64,000 bases of DNA from Candidatus Roizmanbacteria bacterium RIFOXYC1_FULL_41_16 (GTDB lineage: Bacteria > Patescibacteriota > Microgenomatia > UBA1406), in contig MGBO01000021.1 in assembly GCA_001788295.1 (NCBI GenBank), positions 74,003-138,002 on the forward strand, written 5' to 3'. Under the pieces are notes generated by a model. The model was not told where the DNA came from. It did no database searches and saw nothing but the letters and a program-made list of their open reading frames with translations. Below, piece after piece: positions 1 through 10,210 of the stretch (within the stretch, counting starts at the first letter, position 1; each line of letters begins with the position of its first letter). Made by a program: the position numbers and the translations under genes.

Positions 1-1280
1 TGTACCGGACGGACTTTGATCACATCTGAGGACAGGTATGTATTAATAGAGGCGTTCCAAAAAGTCGCATAGCCATATTTCAAATTTTGATCCTTTAATT
101 GCTTAAGCAATTGCCAATTGTCTTCGTTTCCAGATACAGTTCGTCGCTGCCACAAAACACTATAAAAAGAAACAGTGTTAAACAAAGCGCTAATCAAAAA
201 AATAGCTAGTAAAAAATTCATTATTATTAATTTTTTTTGCTTCCACAAATCGCTGATTACCATTAACCACATAGTGGGAATCAAGAAAAACAAATAAATA
301 TAATAACGATATAATCCAAAGCTGCCCAATTGTGAAAAGAGCGTTACTCCAATTAAAATAAAAGCCGATGAGCCAAGATAAAGTTTAAGAAAATCGCTTT
401 TACAAAATCCCTGCCAAAAATAATAGCCGAGCATTAACAAGGAAATAATCACACCGGCCAAACTTAAACTACTAATTATGTTGCTAGTTGAGAAATTAAG
501 AACTGCCGAAAAACCAGGTCTTACTAAGGTATGCAAATTAGGAATAAAGTGAGAGAAATTGTTGATGAATGCCTCCAAAGAAATCTGCGGCCTTACCGAA
601 TCAAACGCAAATAATCCGGTTTTCACTAATCCCTTTTCCAAAATTTTCCCTCCCAAAGCCGCCACATAGACAATCAAAGAAATCAGCAAATATCGTGAGT
701 CGTGCTTTTGATAATAAATAATTAAGGCGGAAATAATCACCGGAGCTGCAAAAACAGCCAGGTAATATGGATCGCTAAAAAAAACCAAAATTAAAACCGC
801 AATCAGCAAATAAACCAATTTCGGTTTTAGCTTTCCGCCAAAGATAAAAAGAGACAAAATATAAAAAAGAAGCCCGATCTCAATATTGCGTAAGTGGGGA
901 TGTACTAGATGCAACATCAAATTCCATCCCCCAAATATGACTGTGGTCATCGGTACATAAGCCCACCATTTTGAATCAACATTATTTAACAAAATCACTT
1001 TTTTGTAAAACCACCAATACAAACCATGGGTCAGCAAAAGGCAAAAAAAAGAAATGGCAAAAATTGACCAAAGATTTATGCCAATCAGTGATACCACTAA
1101 TGAATAAAACGGGTATTTGATCATAAAATTATCTGACGGTAAATATACTTTGTCCCTAAAATAATAGGGAAAGAGCAGCAGATTAGAAATATGGTCTGAA
1201 TTAATCTCAGTTTTAAAAACAAAAAAGTAACTTAGAATCGCAGAATAAAAAATCAAACCAAAAACTATCACTCGCTTCAT
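1..1280 (-). CDS. Multi-pass integral membrane protein, 3'-truncated by window edge; possibly GT-C type (PMT/ArnT-like) glycosyltransferase
   Basis: Read by hand: minus-strand ATG (cat at 1278-1280) followed by an uninterrupted hydrophobic ORF to position 1. Many predicted TM segments. Absent from the ORF track because no stop lies inside the window. Confidence 0.4.
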   Translation of the reverse strand, partial: MKRVIVFGLIFYSAILSYFFVFKTEINSDHISNLLLFPYYFRDKVYLPSDNFMIKYPFYSLVVSLIGINLWSIFAISFFCLLLTHGLYWWFYKKVILLNNVDSKWWAYVPMTTVIFGGWNLMLHLVHPHLRNIEIGLLFYILSLFIFGGKLKPKLVYLLIAVLILVFFSDPYYLAVFAAPVIISALIIYYQKHDSRYLLISLIVYVAALGGKILEKGLVKTGLFAFDSVRPQISLEAFINNFSHFIPNLHTLVRPGFSAVLNFSTSNIISSLSLAGVIISLLMLGYYFWQGFCKSDFLKLYLGSSAFILIGVTLFSQLGSFGLYRYYIYLFFLIPTMWLMVISDLWKQKKLIIMNFLLAIFLISALFNTVSFYSVLWQRRTVSGNEDNWQLLKQLKDQNLKYGYATFWNASINTYLSSDVIKVRPV

Positions 1281-1331
1281 GAATAACAATTATAGCTTGC
1301 AATTAACTATTGCACTAATTAAAATGTAATT

Positions 1332-2282
1332 ATGAAAAAGATTTTGGTCACTGGAGCATTCGGCCAAATCGGATCTGAGCTGGTACCCACTCTTCAGCAA
1401 AAATACGGTGAGCAGTCTGTAGTCGCCATGGGCCATTCCAATTACCCCAAGGATTTTAAGGGCATCTTTGAATCCGGTGAAATTACCGATATTAAGTTTT
1501 TAAAAGAACTTGTTGCCAAACATCAGATTGACACTATTTTTCACATGGCTGCTTATCTTTCGGTCAAAAGCGAAATGGACCCGCAAGGCGCCTGGGAAGT
1601 GAACGTCATTGGCCTCAAAAATGTTCTTGATATTGCTAAAGAAGCCAAACTCCAGGTCTTTTGGCCTTCTTCTATTGCTGTTTTTGGACCCACCACGCCA
1701 AGACAAAACACGCCGCAAATTACCCCAATTGAGCCCACCACTATGTACGGAGTCGGTAAGCTTACTGGCGAAAGTCTGTGCCATTATTATCACTTAAAAT
1801 ATGGCTTGGATGTCAGAAGCGTCCGTTATCCGGGATTGTTGGATTACAAAACGCCACCCAGTTTGGGCACTACCGAATACGCCAAAGAAATCTTTTGGAA
1901 AGCGATTAAAGAAAAAAAATACACCGTCCCTTTAAAAGCCGATACCACCATGCCAATGATGTTTATGCTCGACGCAATCAGGGCGACTGTCAGTATTATG
2001 GAGGCGCCGGCTGAAAAAATTAAGATCCGCACCAGTTATAATTTGGCTGCCTTTAGTTTTTCGCCTGAAGATCTTTATAACCAGATCAAGAAATTTGTTC
2101 CGGACTTGGTTATTGAATACAAAGAAACCGAGATTCAAAAAATTGCCGACTCCTGGCCGCAATCGATCGACGATTCTCAAGCTCGAACCGATTGGGGCTG
2201 GCTTCCTCAATACAGCCTGGAGCAATTGGTCGAGGCCATGTATACCAATATTAAGAAACAGATCGACAATGGGGCAAAGTAA
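1332..2282 (+). CDS. tdh: L-threonine 3-dehydrogenase, SDR/epimerase-type (NAD-dependent)
   Basis: N-terminal Rossmann motif VTGAFGQIGSEL. Blocks RYPGLL...GTTEYA, MPMMFMLDAIRATVSIMEAPAE and SWPQSIDDSQARTDWGW align with eukaryotic/bacterial SDR-type TDH. Followed immediately by kbl. Confidence 0.8.
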   Translation: MKKILVTGAFGQIGSELVPTLQQKYGEQSVVAMGHSNYPKDFKGIFESGEITDIKFLKELVAKHQIDTIFHMAAYLSVKSEMDPQGAWEVNVIGLKNVLDIAKEAKLQVFWPSSIAVFGPTTPRQNTPQITPIEPTTMYGVGKLTGESLCHYYHLKYGLDVRSVRYPGLLDYKTPPSLGTTEYAKEIFWKAIKEKKYTVPLKADTTMPMMFMLDAIRATVSIMEAPAEKIKIRTSYNLAAFSFSPEDLYNQIKKFVPDLVIEYKETEIQKIADSWPQSIDDSQARTDWGWLPQYSLEQLVEAMYTNIKKQIDNGAK

Positions 2283-3507
2283 TTTTTTCAAACTCCTTAC
2301 TCAAGAGATTAATCGGATTGATAAGGCCGGCTCAACCAAAAGAAAAGAAAAAATTATCGAACGCTTCACCTCAGGAAAACCGCCACGGGCCATCATTAAC
2401 AAGAAAAAGTATTATATTTTTAATGCCAATGACTATCTGAGTTTAAAATATCGTGCCGAGCTTAAGAAGGGTGAGCATCAAGCCAGTCAGTTGTTTGGCA
2501 GCGGCCCCGGTGCCGTTCGCTTTATTTCCGGCTCTCTCAAAATCCACGCCGATTTGGAAAAAGCCGTTGCCAAATTTCATCATCGCGACGACGCCATTAT
2601 TTACTCCAGTGCTTTTGCCGCCAATCAAGGCGTCATTTTTCCACTCATTGCCGGCCAAGCCAAAACCTCACTCATTCAAGACAAAGTCTTAGTTGTTTCC
2701 GACGAACTCAATCACCGCAGTATTATCGATGCCATCAGGTTAGCTGGTTTACCCAAAGAACAGCGCGCCGTTTTCAAACATCTGGATTTCAAGGATTTGG
2801 AAGCAATAATTAAAAACGCGATCAAAAAATATGACCGTGTTGTTATTGTTACCGATGGCGTCTTCAGTATGCTGGGGCAATTGCAGGATCTGAAACAGTT
2901 GCAACTACTTAAGAAAAAATACGATTCCAAATTCAAAAACGGCCTTATTACCGTTGTCGACGACGCCCATGGTGTAGGTGCGCTTGGCAACACCGGCCGG
3001 GGAACCGAAGAAGTTTACAAAGCTCAAGCCGACGTTTTGATCGGCACCTTTGGCAAGGCTTTTGGTTCAGATGGCGGCTACTGCACAGCTTCTCAAACAG
3101 TCATTGATTATTTGCGTGAATCCTCAGCCACTTATATTTACAGCAATTCCATTAGTCCAGGTACGGCCGGTGCTGCCATATCGGCCATCAAGCTGATGAC
3201 CGGATCAAAAGGCAAGACGATTTTACGCACTTTACACAAAAATATTGCTTATTTTAAAAAACAAGCTGCTGCTGCCAACATTCCTTTTGCCGCCAAATCA
3301 AATCATCCGGTTCAACCGGTGTTGATCGGAGACACTCTCAAAACCAAAGCCATTGTTGCTTCTCTTTTTAAGGTCGGTTTTCTTACTACCGCCATTTCTT
3401 ACCCGGTCGTGCCACTAGGGCGCGACGAAATTCGAGTCCAGATCAACACCAATCATACCTTTCAGTCAATCACCCTGTTGATAAAGGCCTTAAAGAAACT
3501 TCTATAA
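2269..3507 (+). CDS. kbl: 2-amino-3-ketobutyrate CoA ligase (glycine C-acetyltransferase), PLP-dependent AONS family
   Basis: AONS/KBL-family blocks: GSGPGAVRFISGS, DDAHGVGALG, SNSISPG. Start taken at the in-frame ATG at 2269, overlapping the tdh stop by 14 nt. The ORF-track 5' extension overlaps tdh and is rejected. Genomic coupling with tdh. Confidence 0.75.
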   Translation: MGQSNFFKLLTQEINRIDKAGSTKRKEKIIERFTSGKPPRAIINKKKYYIFNANDYLSLKYRAELKKGEHQASQLFGSGPGAVRFISGSLKIHADLEKAVAKFHHRDDAIIYSSAFAANQGVIFPLIAGQAKTSLIQDKVLVVSDELNHRSIIDAIRLAGLPKEQRAVFKHLDFKDLEAIIKNAIKKYDRVVIVTDGVFSMLGQLQDLKQLQLLKKKYDSKFKNGLITVVDDAHGVGALGNTGRGTEEVYKAQADVLIGTFGKAFGSDGGYCTASQTVIDYLRESSATYIYSNSISPGTAGAAISAIKLMTGSKGKTILRTLHKNIAYFKKQAAAANIPFAAKSNHPVQPVLIGDTLKTKAIVASLFKVGFLTTAISYPVVPLGRDEIRVQINTNHTFQSITLLIKALKKLL

Positions 3508-4277
3508 TGAACTCAAATACGGTTTTTCTTCTGGATTTGGACGACACTTTATTTAATACCGAACAATACAAGACGGATTTATTCAACAAAATTGGTCATG
3601 TCATTAATCCTACTGGAGTCGCTGCTCAGGGTGGGGCAGAGATTGCTGCGATATATAATCTTTACAGACAAAATAATCCGGTTTACAACCCCAACGAATT
3701 TGCTCAGTTTCTTAGCTCAACTTTTGGTTATGAAGCCGAAATTCGCGACTGTTTTGAAACCGATTATACTCAATATGTTTTACCAGAAGCAGCCGAACTC
3801 GTTAAACAACTTGCCAAACAAGGTCGTGTCATTATTTGGACAGCTGGCTCTTATCCAGATCAGGCTGCCAAATTAACTAAAAGCGGTCTATTGTTGCCGG
3901 GAAAAAATAATTCTAATATTGTAGACGCCAGTGTTCTTACTCAAGACGTTAATCCCTTGTTCAGACCAGCACCAATTGCAATTGTTGATAGCCGTAAAGA
4001 ACAAGAGCCTAGAGAACAATTGAAGTTTTTTTTAGAAAATTTGCCGGAAAATGAAATTGTGGTTATTGATAACCAAGCTGGCTTAATCAAGCAGGTTGTT
4101 GAGATGAATAATTCTCGGTTAAAAGGGGTTTGGGTTGATCAGGGCGAACAGAAAGACAAAGAATCTGCACAAGAACTCAGAACGAACTTGCCGCCACAAG
4201 TGGAAAGCTTTGCTAGTACAGCCGAGTTTAAACAATATTTGACCAAAGAAACATTCACTCCCGAACAAAAAGGCTAA
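3507..4277 (+). CDS. HAD-superfamily hydrolase
   Basis: Motif I LLDLDDTLF (DxDxT) at the N-terminus. ATG overlaps the kbl stop (ATAATG). Confidence 0.6.
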   Translation: MNSNTVFLLDLDDTLFNTEQYKTDLFNKIGHVINPTGVAAQGGAEIAAIYNLYRQNNPVYNPNEFAQFLSSTFGYEAEIRDCFETDYTQYVLPEAAELVKQLAKQGRVIIWTAGSYPDQAAKLTKSGLLLPGKNNSNIVDASVLTQDVNPLFRPAPIAIVDSRKEQEPREQLKFFLENLPENEIVVIDNQAGLIKQVVEMNNSRLKGVWVDQGEQKDKESAQELRTNLPPQVESFASTAEFKQYLTKETFTPEQKG

Positions 4278-5139
4278 ACACAAACATTCCTAAGTCACGA
4301 ATAAGAATAAATAAACGATAAAGAAGCGAAACCGAGACGCCCAGAGCCAAGCTAATCCCAGCCTCGTCCAGAAAATACCCTAACACTGCCTCGCGTACGC
4401 CCAAACCAGCTGGCGCCGGCAAAAACAAAAATCCGGCGATCCAAGCCAAAATATAGCTCGCTCCCAAATACAGCTGCTTAACCAATCCAACTTCATTAAT
4501 CAAACCAATCCCTTTTAAAAAATAAACAAACGATAAGCCGTTAAACAGCCAAAACAGTAAATTGTTGGCAAAAATATTAGCTAATTCTTTAGGTTCAAAT
4601 TTAATAAAGGTCAGTTCCTGCTTAAATTTAAGACTTTTCCAAAGCCTGTTCAGCCAAGTTAAAAGTTGATTGAGTGATAATAAACCAATAACCAAAGCCA
4701 CCAAAAGAATCAGATTAATCGGGTAGGGCAGCACAAAAAACAAAAAAATCAAACCCACATAAACCATAAAGGCAATATTAAGAAATTGCAACTTAGTCGT
4801 TGTTTTCAGGCTCTTGCCCGAATCAGAGGCTGCCTCAAGCGCCAGGCCAGCATGGTTCCAAATTCCACCGGGTAAATAACGATACAGATTGGTTTTGGCA
4901 ACGGTCTTAAAAAGCCGTGCGTAATTAGTCACAGGCAATTCGCTTTCGTAAAGAGCTTTAATTTTGCCAACCAAGAAAAAAAAGCTCGCTATCGTAAAAA
5001 TCATGGCCAAAAACAAGTTTAGCGGATCAAAACTGAGCTGGTCCAAATTAATCTTATGAGCGCTTTGTGACAAAAATCGGAATATGAAATAGGCCGACAA
5101 AACAAGAAAGACCAGTTGCAGTTTTTTTAGAGTTTTCAT
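4255..5139 (-). CDS. UPF0104 / lysyl-PG-synthase-TM-like flippase-type membrane protein
   Basis: About 8 predicted TM helices. C-terminal conserved PAPAGLGVREAV motif typical of the UPF0104 (LPG_synthase_TM) family. Confidence 0.5.
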   Translation of the reverse strand: MKTLKKLQLVFLVLSAYFIFRFLSQSAHKINLDQLSFDPLNLFLAMIFTIASFFFLVGKIKALYESELPVTNYARLFKTVAKTNLYRYLPGGIWNHAGLALEAASDSGKSLKTTTKLQFLNIAFMVYVGLIFLFFVLPYPINLILLVALVIGLLSLNQLLTWLNRLWKSLKFKQELTFIKFEPKELANIFANNLLFWLFNGLSFVYFLKGIGLINEVGLVKQLYLGASYILAWIAGFLFLPAPAGLGVREAVLGYFLDEAGISLALGVSVSLLYRLFILIRDLGMFVFSLFVRE

Positions 5140-5173
5140 AGAATTAGGTGGTTATAGAGTTAATTTTATCAAG

Positions 5174-6112
5174 ATGAAGATATATTTTCCGGACAAACTG
5201 CTGCCAGTTTTTTTTACCCGGGCTGCCCAAAAAAAAACTTTGTTTAACGATTATGTGGTCGATCTCTTGACTCAGCTACAGCAAAAAATTCAAAACGAGC
5301 CCGGTTTTGACATCAAAATCGAAGACAAAATCAACCTCTCCCAATGGATTATTTTGCAGGCGCTTACCCAATTTGAAAAACAGAAGATTACTCTCGCCTG
5401 GACCGGCGGCAAAGATTCCACTCTTATTCTTTGGATGGTCCGCGAGGTGGTTGAAAAACATAAACTGAAAATGCCTCACTGTATGTTTATCAACGAAGGC
5501 CATGTTTTTGAAGAAATTACTGATTTTGTCAAAGAGTTGACTCAAAAATGGAAACTACAAGTCACAGAAGTCCATAATCACAACGTTTCCAGCCAAGCCA
5601 AAAAAATCGGTGATCCCATCACTGTTGCCAAACTGGACGAAATCAACCGCCAGGAAATTAAGCGCTTGGGCTACAATAAGCCCACTTTTCCGTATGAACC
5701 GGAAAGCTATGTCGGCAATCATTTAATGAAAACTGTGGCCATGAACCGCTTTTTGGCCGAGACCAAATACAATGCCGTTATTACCGGAATCCGCTGGGAC
5801 GAGCAAGAAGCACGCGCTCACGAACAATATTTTTCACCCCGAGGCGATAAATTTACACCCGATCATATGCGCATTCACCCAATTTTGCATCTGACTGAAA
5901 AAGAAATTTGGGAAGCCATTCGTAAATTCAAAATCCCTTACTGTAAATTGTACAAAGAAGGTTACCGATCTCTTGGTGCAAAGGGAACCACTCATAAAGC
6001 CGGCAATAAACCTGCCTGGGAGCAGGATTTCGACAAGGTTCCTGAGCGCGCTGGCCGCCGGCAAGACAAAGAGGGGATTATGGCTAACTTGCGCAAACTC
6101 GGCTACATGTAA
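5174..6112 (+). CDS. Phosphoadenosine-phosphosulfate reductase family protein (PP-loop ATP pyrophosphatase fold)
   Basis: PP-loop LAWTGGKDSTLILWMV and GIRWDEQEARA blocks of the PAPS_reduct family. Confidence 0.6.
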   Translation: MKIYFPDKLLPVFFTRAAQKKTLFNDYVVDLLTQLQQKIQNEPGFDIKIEDKINLSQWIILQALTQFEKQKITLAWTGGKDSTLILWMVREVVEKHKLKMPHCMFINEGHVFEEITDFVKELTQKWKLQVTEVHNHNVSSQAKKIGDPITVAKLDEINRQEIKRLGYNKPTFPYEPESYVGNHLMKTVAMNRFLAETKYNAVITGIRWDEQEARAHEQYFSPRGDKFTPDHMRIHPILHLTEKEIWEAIRKFKIPYCKLYKEGYRSLGAKGTTHKAGNKPAWEQDFDKVPERAGRRQDKEGIMANLRKLGYM

Positions 6113-6147
6113 CCATCCGTTCCATTTCGGGAATGGAACAGGCCGAT

Positions 6148-7605
6148 CTAAAGCTCTATTTGATTAAGCAAATCTGAATTTTGTGAATCAAGAATACTCT
6201 TACCCTCAAAGTAATCAGGAACCGAAACCCCAAGCAGATTCAATAAAGTGGCGCTAGTTTCGTAAATATTGATATTGGTTCGCTTCTTAGCAAGCTTAAC
6301 TTTGTTTGCCAAAGCCAATATTCCTAATGGCCTGTGTTCGCCGCTCTTTAAAGTGTGCGGAGTAGAAAATACCTGATTGTCCAAAAACGGACTGATTGCG
6401 CTCGCTCCATAAGCATACTGGCCGGCGCTGTACAGCAAATCCGGGCCGTACTTAGAATAAGGACCGTGATAAACCGCTTTTTTCTCCCAAATCTGATCGA
6501 TCACCGGCTGACCATGATCGGATAATTTATTTAGAGCCGTCCGAACCAGCTGTTGGCTTTTCTGATCTTTTTTAATCAAATAAATATTACCGTAATATCC
6601 AAACGCAAACGCCAATGACTTTTGCCAATCAATATCCGACAGTTCCAAAAACAGTTTAATTTTCTGGGCTTTCCCGCGTCCCTTACTGGAACTGGGGAGT
6701 TTGTTCAGCTTAAGAGCCAGTTTGGCAACGTTGCTTGGCGTCACCCCCAGATCAAACAGCATCTTCTTGGCCCGGGTTTTAAAATCCGTTTTTAGTACTA
6801 GTAAACCCTGTTTAAGAAAATAAGTGTTTAAGTTTAAATTCTTAAGGTACGGTCCGGCGCCATGATCAGAAAACACCAAATACTGAGCAAAACGATTTTG
6901 CTCTAACTTGGTTAATAAATAACGATCAATTTGCCTATAAACCTTGAGCATTTTCTCAGGCTGATGAAAAAACCAGTGCTGCACGTGATCCACTTCCATA
7001 AAATTAACGGCAAACAAATCCCAATCAGCCTTAGATTCGGCCCAGTCAAAAACTTTAATTTTTTGTCTGATGCTTTCAATTAGCTCGTGAAAATAGGCGC
7101 TTTGAGAGGCTTGATCCATTCCATAGCGAACCTTCTCAGTAAAACTATAGTCGGGAAAACGGTTTTTAAACTCACCTTGTAAATCGCGTGGATAGATAAA
7201 ATCAGCCTCCAGATTTGGAGTCAGAAAGCCGGACAAAAATAAGCCCTTAACCGGCCGGAGCGGGTAAGTAAAAGGCAAGTTCAATACTGCTATTTTCTTT
7301 TGCTGTCGAGACAATATTTCAAAAATGGTTGGTTTTTGATTACTGTCAGCCAAGTTCACAGTTATCTGTTTATTTTTATCAAATCGATAAAAGTCAAAAA
7401 CGTTGTGTTTGCCGGCGTTTACTCCGGTATAAAGACTGGTCCAAGCCACAGGAGTGAGAGGCGGCACGGTTGATTCCAAGTTCAAAGCCAAGCCTGTTTT
7501 TAGCAATCTGGCAAAACCAGGCAATCGGCCAGCTTTTACCCAAGGTTTGATCAAATCCCAAGTAGCGCTGTCAATGCCTAAAAAAAAGAGCGAGTTTGGC
7601 TTCAT
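6148..7605 (-). CDS. Alkaline-phosphatase-superfamily protein, type I phosphodiesterase/nucleotide pyrophosphatase-like
   Basis: N-terminal GIDSATWDLI metal-ligand block. FSDHGAG and MEVDHVQH motifs of the ENPP-like AlkP superfamily. Tandem paralog of the next gene. Confidence 0.6.
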   Translation of the reverse strand: MKPNSLFFLGIDSATWDLIKPWVKAGRLPGFARLLKTGLALNLESTVPPLTPVAWTSLYTGVNAGKHNVFDFYRFDKNKQITVNLADSNQKPTIFEILSRQQKKIAVLNLPFTYPLRPVKGLFLSGFLTPNLEADFIYPRDLQGEFKNRFPDYSFTEKVRYGMDQASQSAYFHELIESIRQKIKVFDWAESKADWDLFAVNFMEVDHVQHWFFHQPEKMLKVYRQIDRYLLTKLEQNRFAQYLVFSDHGAGPYLKNLNLNTYFLKQGLLVLKTDFKTRAKKMLFDLGVTPSNVAKLALKLNKLPSSSKGRGKAQKIKLFLELSDIDWQKSLAFAFGYYGNIYLIKKDQKSQQLVRTALNKLSDHGQPVIDQIWEKKAVYHGPYSKYGPDLLYSAGQYAYGASAISPFLDNQVFSTPHTLKSGEHRPLGILALANKVKLAKKRTNINIYETSATLLNLLGVSVPDYFEGKSILDSQNSDLLNQIEL

Positions 7606-9086
7606 TATATTTCAATCTCATCAATTGATAACGATTCTGCTTTGTCAATTATCGCCTGGCCAAGACAATAATCAGGAACAGGCTCGTTAAAAAAACGCAA
7701 AATAGTTGGAGTAATATCTTCCAAACAAGGCTTCGTCACCTTAAGGTCAGTTTTTGGATACAAGCCCAATATACCGTTTATCCGATGCTCACCGGATTTA
7801 TTGGTAATAGGGTCTGTAAACAGCTTATTGCCGGAAAAAGCATAAATGTTGGTTGACACAATGGCGCCTTCTTTCAATAAAAATTGAATGTTAGGAATGG
7901 TTTTAGGCAAAACTTTGGTTTGATAAATATTTTCTGAGCTATCAACAAAGGTTAGTTCTTTCTTAAAGTCTTGTCGGAGAGCGGTTAATATTTCTGTCAG
8001 CAACTTCTTATTTTTTTGTGTTAAGAAAATACCGCCGTACATGCCAAAAGAATAAGCCCGGGTTTTATGCCAATCCAGATCAGCATAGGACAAAATCAGT
8101 TTGTTAAGAAATCGGTTTCGAGTTTGCATTTTAATCCTACCGGCTTTTCTCACCAAGCCAAGTTTGGAGGCCAATCCTATCAGTTTCTCAGGATTAAAGC
8201 CTAAATTCGTCAGTAGTCGTTTCATTAAAACCAGGGGCGTATTTTTAAAATAAAGATATCCTTTTTCTCTTAGCCAATGATTAAGAAAAACGGTTTTCTC
8301 CAATTTACCGGCGCCATGATCAGAAAAAATCATAATCTGATATTGGTCGCTATATTTGGTTAGAACTTCCAATAGATATTGGTCAACAATTTGATAAACC
8401 TTTAAAATCGCGTCGTGATAAGGGGAATTTGGCTGATCCATAAACTCCCAGAAAAAATGCTGCACATGGTCAACTGCCATAAAATTAACTGCAAACAAAT
8501 CCCAGTCATCCTTTGCAAAAAGCCATTTGGCTACACGAGCCGTCTCCCTGGCGTCTTCCAGGTTTTCTTTAAACCTCAACTCATAACTTTTGGGGTCGTT
8601 TTTACTCACTTTGGTTCCTGGGGCAAAATGAAATTTGGGAAAACGCTTGAGAAACTCCGGTTTCAGGCTTTTGGGTTTAATAAAGTCCGCTTTAATTCCC
8701 GGTGTCATTAATCCGGAAATCATAATGCCGTTCACTTTCTTAAAAGGATAGGTAATAGGCAAATTACAAACCGCGATTTTTTTACCAGCTCGGCTCAAAA
8801 TGTCCCAGAAAAATGCATGAGAAAGTTCCGAAGCGAGGTTTACCGTAATCTGACGACTCGCATCCAGTCGATAAAAATCATAGAATCCATGAACAGCCGG
8901 CGACACGCCGGTCATTGCCGTTGGCCAAGCCACCGGTGTAATTGGGGGCATTGTGGAGCGCAAATCAAGGGTGGAACCCTGTTTCAGCAGTTTCCAAAAG
9001 CCTGGAAGCTTACCGGCCTTGGCCCATGGAACAATCAAATCCCAAGTGGCGCTGTCAATGCCAAAGAAAAAAAGTTTTTTTTTCAT
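7605..9086 (-). CDS. Alkaline-phosphatase-superfamily protein, type I phosphodiesterase/nucleotide pyrophosphatase-like (paralog)
   Basis: Same motif set as the neighbouring paralog (GIDSATWDLI, FSDHGAG, MAVDHVQH). Its stop overlaps the start of the downstream paralog at 7605. Confidence 0.6.
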   Translation of the reverse strand: MKKKLFFFGIDSATWDLIVPWAKAGKLPGFWKLLKQGSTLDLRSTMPPITPVAWPTAMTGVSPAVHGFYDFYRLDASRQITVNLASELSHAFFWDILSRAGKKIAVCNLPITYPFKKVNGIMISGLMTPGIKADFIKPKSLKPEFLKRFPKFHFAPGTKVSKNDPKSYELRFKENLEDARETARVAKWLFAKDDWDLFAVNFMAVDHVQHFFWEFMDQPNSPYHDAILKVYQIVDQYLLEVLTKYSDQYQIMIFSDHGAGKLEKTVFLNHWLREKGYLYFKNTPLVLMKRLLTNLGFNPEKLIGLASKLGLVRKAGRIKMQTRNRFLNKLILSYADLDWHKTRAYSFGMYGGIFLTQKNKKLLTEILTALRQDFKKELTFVDSSENIYQTKVLPKTIPNIQFLLKEGAIVSTNIYAFSGNKLFTDPITNKSGEHRINGILGLYPKTDLKVTKPCLEDITPTILRFFNEPVPDYCLGQAIIDKAESLSIDEIEI

Positions 9087-10210
9087 TTTTCAATAATTGT
9101 CTTGGCCAATTGCTGCCAAGTTAATTTTGGTTTTATCCGCTTAATCTCACTGGTAAACTGGCCCTTATTTTGCAGCACCTGCTTGATTCCGGTAGCAAGG
9201 GCATTCACTTGACCGGATTTTACCAAAACTCCCACTTTGCCTAAAGCAAACAGATCAGGATTGTCCGCCACGTCAGTCGCCAAAAGAGGCTTATCAAAAG
9301 TCAAGGCAATCTTAGCCGGACCTGAGCCCGAACCAGCCAAATAGGGGATTACAACCGCATCACAAGCGACAAAATACCAGGCCACCTCAGAATCGGCCAG
9401 ATAACGATCAATTATTTTTACCCGGGCTCTGAATTTAGGTTTAATCATTTGCCAATATTTTTGCTTATCTTCCCAAAACTCTCCGGCAATCAGCAAATTA
9501 ATTTTCTGGCCTTTTCTCCACAGTTGGCTCAAAGCTTGCAAAAGCACATTCAGGCCTTTATATGGCCGCACATGGCCAAAAAATAATAACAGCGGAGAAT
9601 GCAGTTTTAAGTGGCTCTGCGCCTGTGCTTGAGTTATTCTGTCTTGCTTAAAGAAATGGTAAAGAGGGTGAAATGTCAGCCTGATCTTTTTGTCAGGCAT
9701 CAATTGATGAAGATCTCTCTGTATTTCTTTGTTATGAACGACAATTATATCAGCCTGAGCCAAAATCAAATGAGAACACCATCGCTTATACAGCGCCTGT
9801 TCGTGATCAAAATGATTGTGAGCAATAATTACTATTTTAGAACGTGACAGTAGCTTGATTCCCAAAAGCACAAACCAAAACGGCAGAGTCCAAAACCAGG
9901 TCCACCACTGACAAATCACTATTTCCGGCTTTTTTTTCACAATAAATCTCACCGTCTGCCACCAAGTCACGGGATTCAGCCAGTCCAGTTGCTCTATTCC
10001 ATTCCCGAAATGGAATAGGCTGTCAGGACTGGGTGTTTTTGCGCCGGGAAAAAATCTAGCTGGGTAACCGCGTTTAAAACCAACCATGGCCACCCGATAA
10101 TGTTCTTTTTTTAGCTCCAGATACAAACTCTGAGTGTAATGTACAATCCCGCCTTTAAAACGAGGCGCAGTCGGACCTATTAAAACAATGGACGGTTTTA
10201 CTTTGTCCAT
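9083..10210 (-). CDS. Glycosyltransferase, GT-B fold (GT4/GT1-like) with N-terminal membrane segment
   Basis: C-terminal GT-B nucleotide-sugar-binding region (…LAGSGSGPAKIALTFDKPLLATD…). Start chosen at the internal Met (MDKVKPSIVLIG) to avoid an 85-nt overlap with galE. Confidence 0.55.
   Translation of the reverse strand: MDKVKPSIVLIGPTAPRFKGGIVHYTQSLYLELKKEHYRVAMVGFKRGYPARFFPGAKTPSPDSLFHFGNGIEQLDWLNPVTWWQTVRFIVKKKPEIVICQWWTWFWTLPFWFVLLGIKLLSRSKIVIIAHNHFDHEQALYKRWCSHLILAQADIIVVHNKEIQRDLHQLMPDKKIRLTFHPLYHFFKQDRITQAQAQSHLKLHSPLLLFFGHVRPYKGLNVLLQALSQLWRKGQKINLLIAGEFWEDKQKYWQMIKPKFRARVKIIDRYLADSEVAWYFVACDAVVIPYLAGSGSGPAKIALTFDKPLLATDVADNPDLFALGKVGVLVKSGQVNALATGIKQVLQNKGQFTSEIKRIKPKLTWQQLAKTIIEK

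Noticed and set aside
2095-2268. ORF-track 5' extension of kbl (start at 2095)
   Set aside because: Overlaps tdh by about 190 nt in another frame. The homologous KBL N-terminus begins near the internal ATG at 2269.
1500-2291. Multiple 60-120-aa ORFs antisense to or overlapping tdh/kbl (and similar nested ORFs throughout the track)
   Set aside because: Fully nested in well-supported longer genes, with low-complexity translations; treated as shadow ORFs.
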